This document shows, piece after piece, positions 60,801 through 64,000 of a DNA stretch of 64,000 nucleotides. Source of the DNA: Marsupella aquatica. Lineage: Eukaryota; Plantae; Marchantiophyta. Below the pieces are notes generated by a model, which searched no databases, was not told where the DNA came from, and was given only the letters and a program-made list of their open reading frames with translations. The stretch is from assembly GCA_973895155.1 (NCBI GenBank), contig OZ316898.1, forward strand, positions 994,751-1,058,750, given 5' to 3'. Positions within the stretch are counted from its first letter, which is position 1. Each line of letters opens with the position of its first letter. The translations under genes and the position numbers were made by a program.

Positions 60801-62417
60801 ATGGGGTGCTCGCTAGAATGTGACGTGTATTGATTGGAATGCCTCTTGAATTCTTAATGATTTTGGTTAGCATTGATTGGCCGGGATGGCCGAGGCGTGC
60901 ATGCCAAAGCGCAGGCGTTCAATATGATTTACATAAAACCCGCAGGGGTACAAGAAAAGGGTTTCTTTAATGATTTTCCCCGTATGGGTATTTTCAACCA
61001 AGTGTATCACTTCCTGATCTCTGGTATCGCCCGTCTGGACATGTAGTCCGTTCGCTCATATATCTCTAAAACTGAGGAGATTACGGGTTGCGTTCGGGGC
61101 GAAAATAGCAGATTCTATGTGGATAGCTGTATCCTGCGGGAGTCTAATGGAAGCTGGGCCAAAGCCCTCTTCTATTTGGCTAGGGCCATTGATAGTGGTT
61201 AGGGATCGACGTGAGGGTGTGATCTTGTGGAAAAGGTGCCTATCCCTGAGGATAGTATGCGTGGTCGCACTGTCGATAATACATGTGCTTGGACTATTTA
61301 AATCTGGTGTAGTGGAGCTACTTGCCACTAAGTGTGCCTCGGGTTGGGCAGGTAGGTCTGAAAAGTCTTGGAATGAGTCACTAGACTCCATAAACGCCCC
61401 GTGGGTTTCACGGGGTGGTGGCCTAGAGGTTTGTCCATCCTGGATGGACCGTTGGTATAGATCTCTAAGGTGTTGCGGGATTCTGCAGTTTCTCGCTAGG
61501 TGGTTTGTCATGCCACATTCATGGCATTTCGGTCATTCCCGTTGTTGTCGGGATTGTGACCAATCGTTTCTACGGTTGTTGTTATATGTTCTACCACCGC
61601 TGCGTCCTCCGCGTCCGCCATGTCCTTCTCGTCCACCACGTCCTCTAAAGGTTCGTTGGGAGTTATATTGTGGACGTTGGTTATAGAAACTCCCCCTATT
61701 GTGGGTGTTTCTTCGGTTGCCATTCTTAGTGCGCTTAATGCCTTGCCTCGATGTGGAGGGTTCAGCATTTTCTATGTTATGGGTTTCATTCTGTTGTCCT
61801 GAGGGCAGTGTGCCCGCAGGTCGTTTTCTAGAGTTTACTAAAAGAAGTTCTTGGTTTCTTTCGGTGACTAGGAGGTGGGCTATGAGCTTGGAGTATTGCC
61901 CAAAATTCATGTTTCGATACTGTGTTGATAGCCACACATTCGATGAATGAAATGTCGACAAGGTCTTCTCTAGCAGATCCTTGTCTGTGACCGGCTCGCC
62001 ACATAGTGCGAGGGTTGAGGTTATTCTAAAGAGTTCGCTATTGTAGGCTGAAATAGAGGTAAAGTCCTGGACTCGTAGGTTTAGCCAGTCTTGCTTGGCT
62101 TTAGGCAGTTCGACCAGTTTTTGGTGGTCGAATCAGGTTTGGAGCGCTGTCCAAAGTTCACGGGGGGTTGAGAGGTGCATGTATTGTCTTTGTAGGAATC
62201 TATGGATATGGCGTCTAAAGAATACGAGAGCCTTAGATTTGTTGGCTTTAGTTAACGGGTCTGGTTGGGGTTCGCCAGCTAGTATAGGTTGAGCCATCCC
62301 TATAGCTGGGAGTAAGGTTAGCGAGGTTAGGTTTTCTTTTAGGTTCATGGACCATTCTAGGTAGTTGCCGCCATCTATTTCTAGGGCGGGGAAGGTGAGT
62401 TTCTCAAGGTTGGCCAT
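57832..62417 (-). pseudogene. Bianca-type gag-pol polyprotein, multiple stops and frameshifts
   Basis: Zinc knuckle CHECGMTNHLARNC, protease IIDSATTH, integrase WHARLGHP..CTAC / IHADVCGP / RVDNAGEF, RT LYGLKQSGRVWY, RH GYADVGY / ADLFTKSL. Split across many ORFs. Confidence 0.93.
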
Positions 62418-63722
62418 CTCTAAGGTCCTGGTGTGTAGCGGTGGTGTGGGTGTTGATATAATATATATGTAGTCAAAAGACAATGCACATTTTCCGCATG
62501 CAATGGTGGAGAAAGGGTTGAGGAGAGCAATCTAAGTCGTGGGCGAGTAAAGCAAGAATGATTGGGTTTTTGCGGAATTTAGGTTTTGCACTTAGTAAGT
62601 TGGTTTTCTTTGTAAATGTATAACTGCATTCTCTTCTTTGTATTTTAGGATTCCTTTGTATTTTGGCGCAGTTATCCAGTTGTGCACTTAGGGTTGCAGT
62701 TATGTGTTTTAGTGCTCTTCTTCCTTTGTTATTTCGAGTTCCATTGGAAATGAGTTGCGCTTAGGGATGGATTGGCGGTTAGGTAATTCATCTCGTGGGG
62801 CTATGGTGCCCCTCTCGATCTGGTTTGCCTTCACGATTTACTTCAATGTCTTGGCTATGGCCGATTGCTTGGTTCTTCTCGCCCTTCCTCAATTTTCCCT
62901 CTCGGCCTCCTTCGATGGCGTTCTTGGGCACTTGTTTCTTCCTTCTTTGGTCCAAGCTAATCAGTGCGCGAGCTATTGTTCAACATCGGGCATTCATCGC
63001 CCCTATCCGCTTTGATTTTCTAAGAAGGTCTTATGGTCGATTTTGTGTCTCAACTTTTGTTTCTTCGTTTGCCTTCGCTGCTGTTCTTCTTGAATCCAGG
63101 CTGTTTTATCTCGGGATCATGAAATTGCAATCCTTCGATCAGAAAGGGGGCATTTTCTGCTTCAACATCGGGCCCCCTCGCTCCCTATCTCCTTCGATTT
63201 CATTATCCTTTCGAAAGAGTCTTCGCCTCCTTGTTTTGCTGTTGTGTTCTCAAAAGCAACAATTGCAGGCATAGGGGCAGAGCGGTGTGCCACCAGCTTT
63301 CTGCTTATTCCATTTCAATTCATCCTCCCCATAAACTGTCAATTCGTCCGCAGTCTTCTTCCGACATTTGATCAAACCAGGCTCTACTTCTGACGATGAA
63401 TTTCCGATGGCCTCTCGCTGCTAGCGGCCTACTGTCGAGTGCCCTTTTCAATTTTCCTTTCCATCAATCCTTATCGATGTGTTTCTTCGATCCTTATGAA
63501 CTTTTCAGTTTCTGCTTGACTCTCTGGTTTTCTTCTCGATTCTCTATTCGGAATTCTCTTCAAGTCCTTATGAATTCTGTGTTTTTCTGCCCTCGACTCT
63601 CTGATCTTGGATCCAATGTCTTTGTGCTCCTTAGATTTTAAAGTCGTCCTCTCGATCCCCCATAAAAAAATTTCAATCTTCCCTGGTCTTCTCCTTTCTA
63701 TCTCGCTCCGCTGGCTGAGTCC

Positions 63723-63736
63723 TCGTGCTGATAACG
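63723..63736 (-). promoter_or_regulatory. PBS complementary to the anticodon region of tRNA-Ile (half-tRNA priming)
   Basis: The + strand TCGTGCTGATAACG matches the plant cytosolic tRNA-Ile(AAU) anticodon arm TCGTGCTAATAACG except for G at the wobble position. It abuts the LTR. Confidence 0.8.
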
Positions 63737-63850
63737 TGTGAGAGTATGAATGGAATGAATCATGTATAGTCTGTGGTGGTTGGTACATATAGTGGTGTCG
63801 GTCTGGTGACTGGTTGATCCGGTCGTCCGGTCACCAGGTAGAGTCTAACA
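63737..63850 (-). repeat. 5' LTR of Bianca-type element
   Basis: Direct repeat of 57406-57519; adjacent to the PBS. Confidence 0.95.
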
Positions 63851-64000
63851 TTAATCCGTTAGTTGGATTTTCCCTGGTTTTCAGATGCTCAGATCTTGGT
63901 TATTGGCTGGATCCCTTCCTGTTCTCCGGGCTGAGTTGGCCCTCATCTTTGCTTTAGCTGCTTAGCTGGTTTCTCTGGGTGTGTTGCTCAGGTTACTTCC

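Larger units (their letters stand above)
57406..63850 (-). mobile_element. Full-length Ty1/copia LTR retrotransposon, Bianca-type, degenerate
   Basis: 114-bp LTRs at 57406-57519 and 63737-63850 differ at 2 positions and are bounded TG..CA. TSD TTAAT at 57401-57405 and 63851-63855. PPT (rc CCAAAGGGGAG) at 57520-57530. PBS CGTTATCAGCACGA. Gag start MANLEKLTFPALEIDGGNYLEW and RH KGDRVKHIAPKFFYTHEL are Bianca-like. Confidence 0.96.

Noticed and set aside
60917-61056. Apparent foreign insert in the Bianca element
   Set aside because: It translates in the pol frame as the normal protease-integrase linker (DI*ANGLHVQT..GFYVNHI), followed by a frameshift.
62755-63641. Hydrophobic plus-strand ORFs antisense to the Bianca leader
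   Set aside because: The F/L/S richness follows from the pyrimidine skew; non-ATG starts in most and no motif.

Overview
Land-plant nuclear DNA, probably from a bryophyte or other non-seed plant (inferred from gene content, not proven). Four host genes are supported: a 3-exon TBL-family polysaccharide O-acetyltransferase (-), a 10-exon SLC1/DAACS symporter (+), a 4-exon secreted PAR1-domain protein (+) and an intronless GT47 XUT1-like glycosyltransferase (-). They sit among many transposable elements: (i) a tRNA-Met-primed Ty1/copia element (1-5527), (ii) a 5'-truncated L1-type LINE with a complete Bianca-type copia nested in its 3' UTR (114-bp LTRs, TTAAT TSD, half-tRNA-Ile PBS), (iii) a hAT-type MITE with an 8-bp TSD, (iv) two short TSD-flanked retroposons, and (v) a possible ~12.8-kb long-inverted-repeat element carrying an unrecognised 'DLLELQK'-repeat/coiled-coil ORF. 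The best candidate for a new system is the first copia element. Between pol and the 3' LTR it carries an intact antisense ORF with a tandemly duplicated RNase H1 N-terminal/caulimovirus viroplasmin (Cauli_VI) hybrid/dsRNA-binding domain. Its LTR also has a palindromic TATA element that could drive that ORF, and its leader has three repeated hairpins. The SLC1 transporter has unusual substitutions at ion- and substrate-binding positions (NMDG->NRDG; GltPh D394->G). All calls are by eye; no searches were run.
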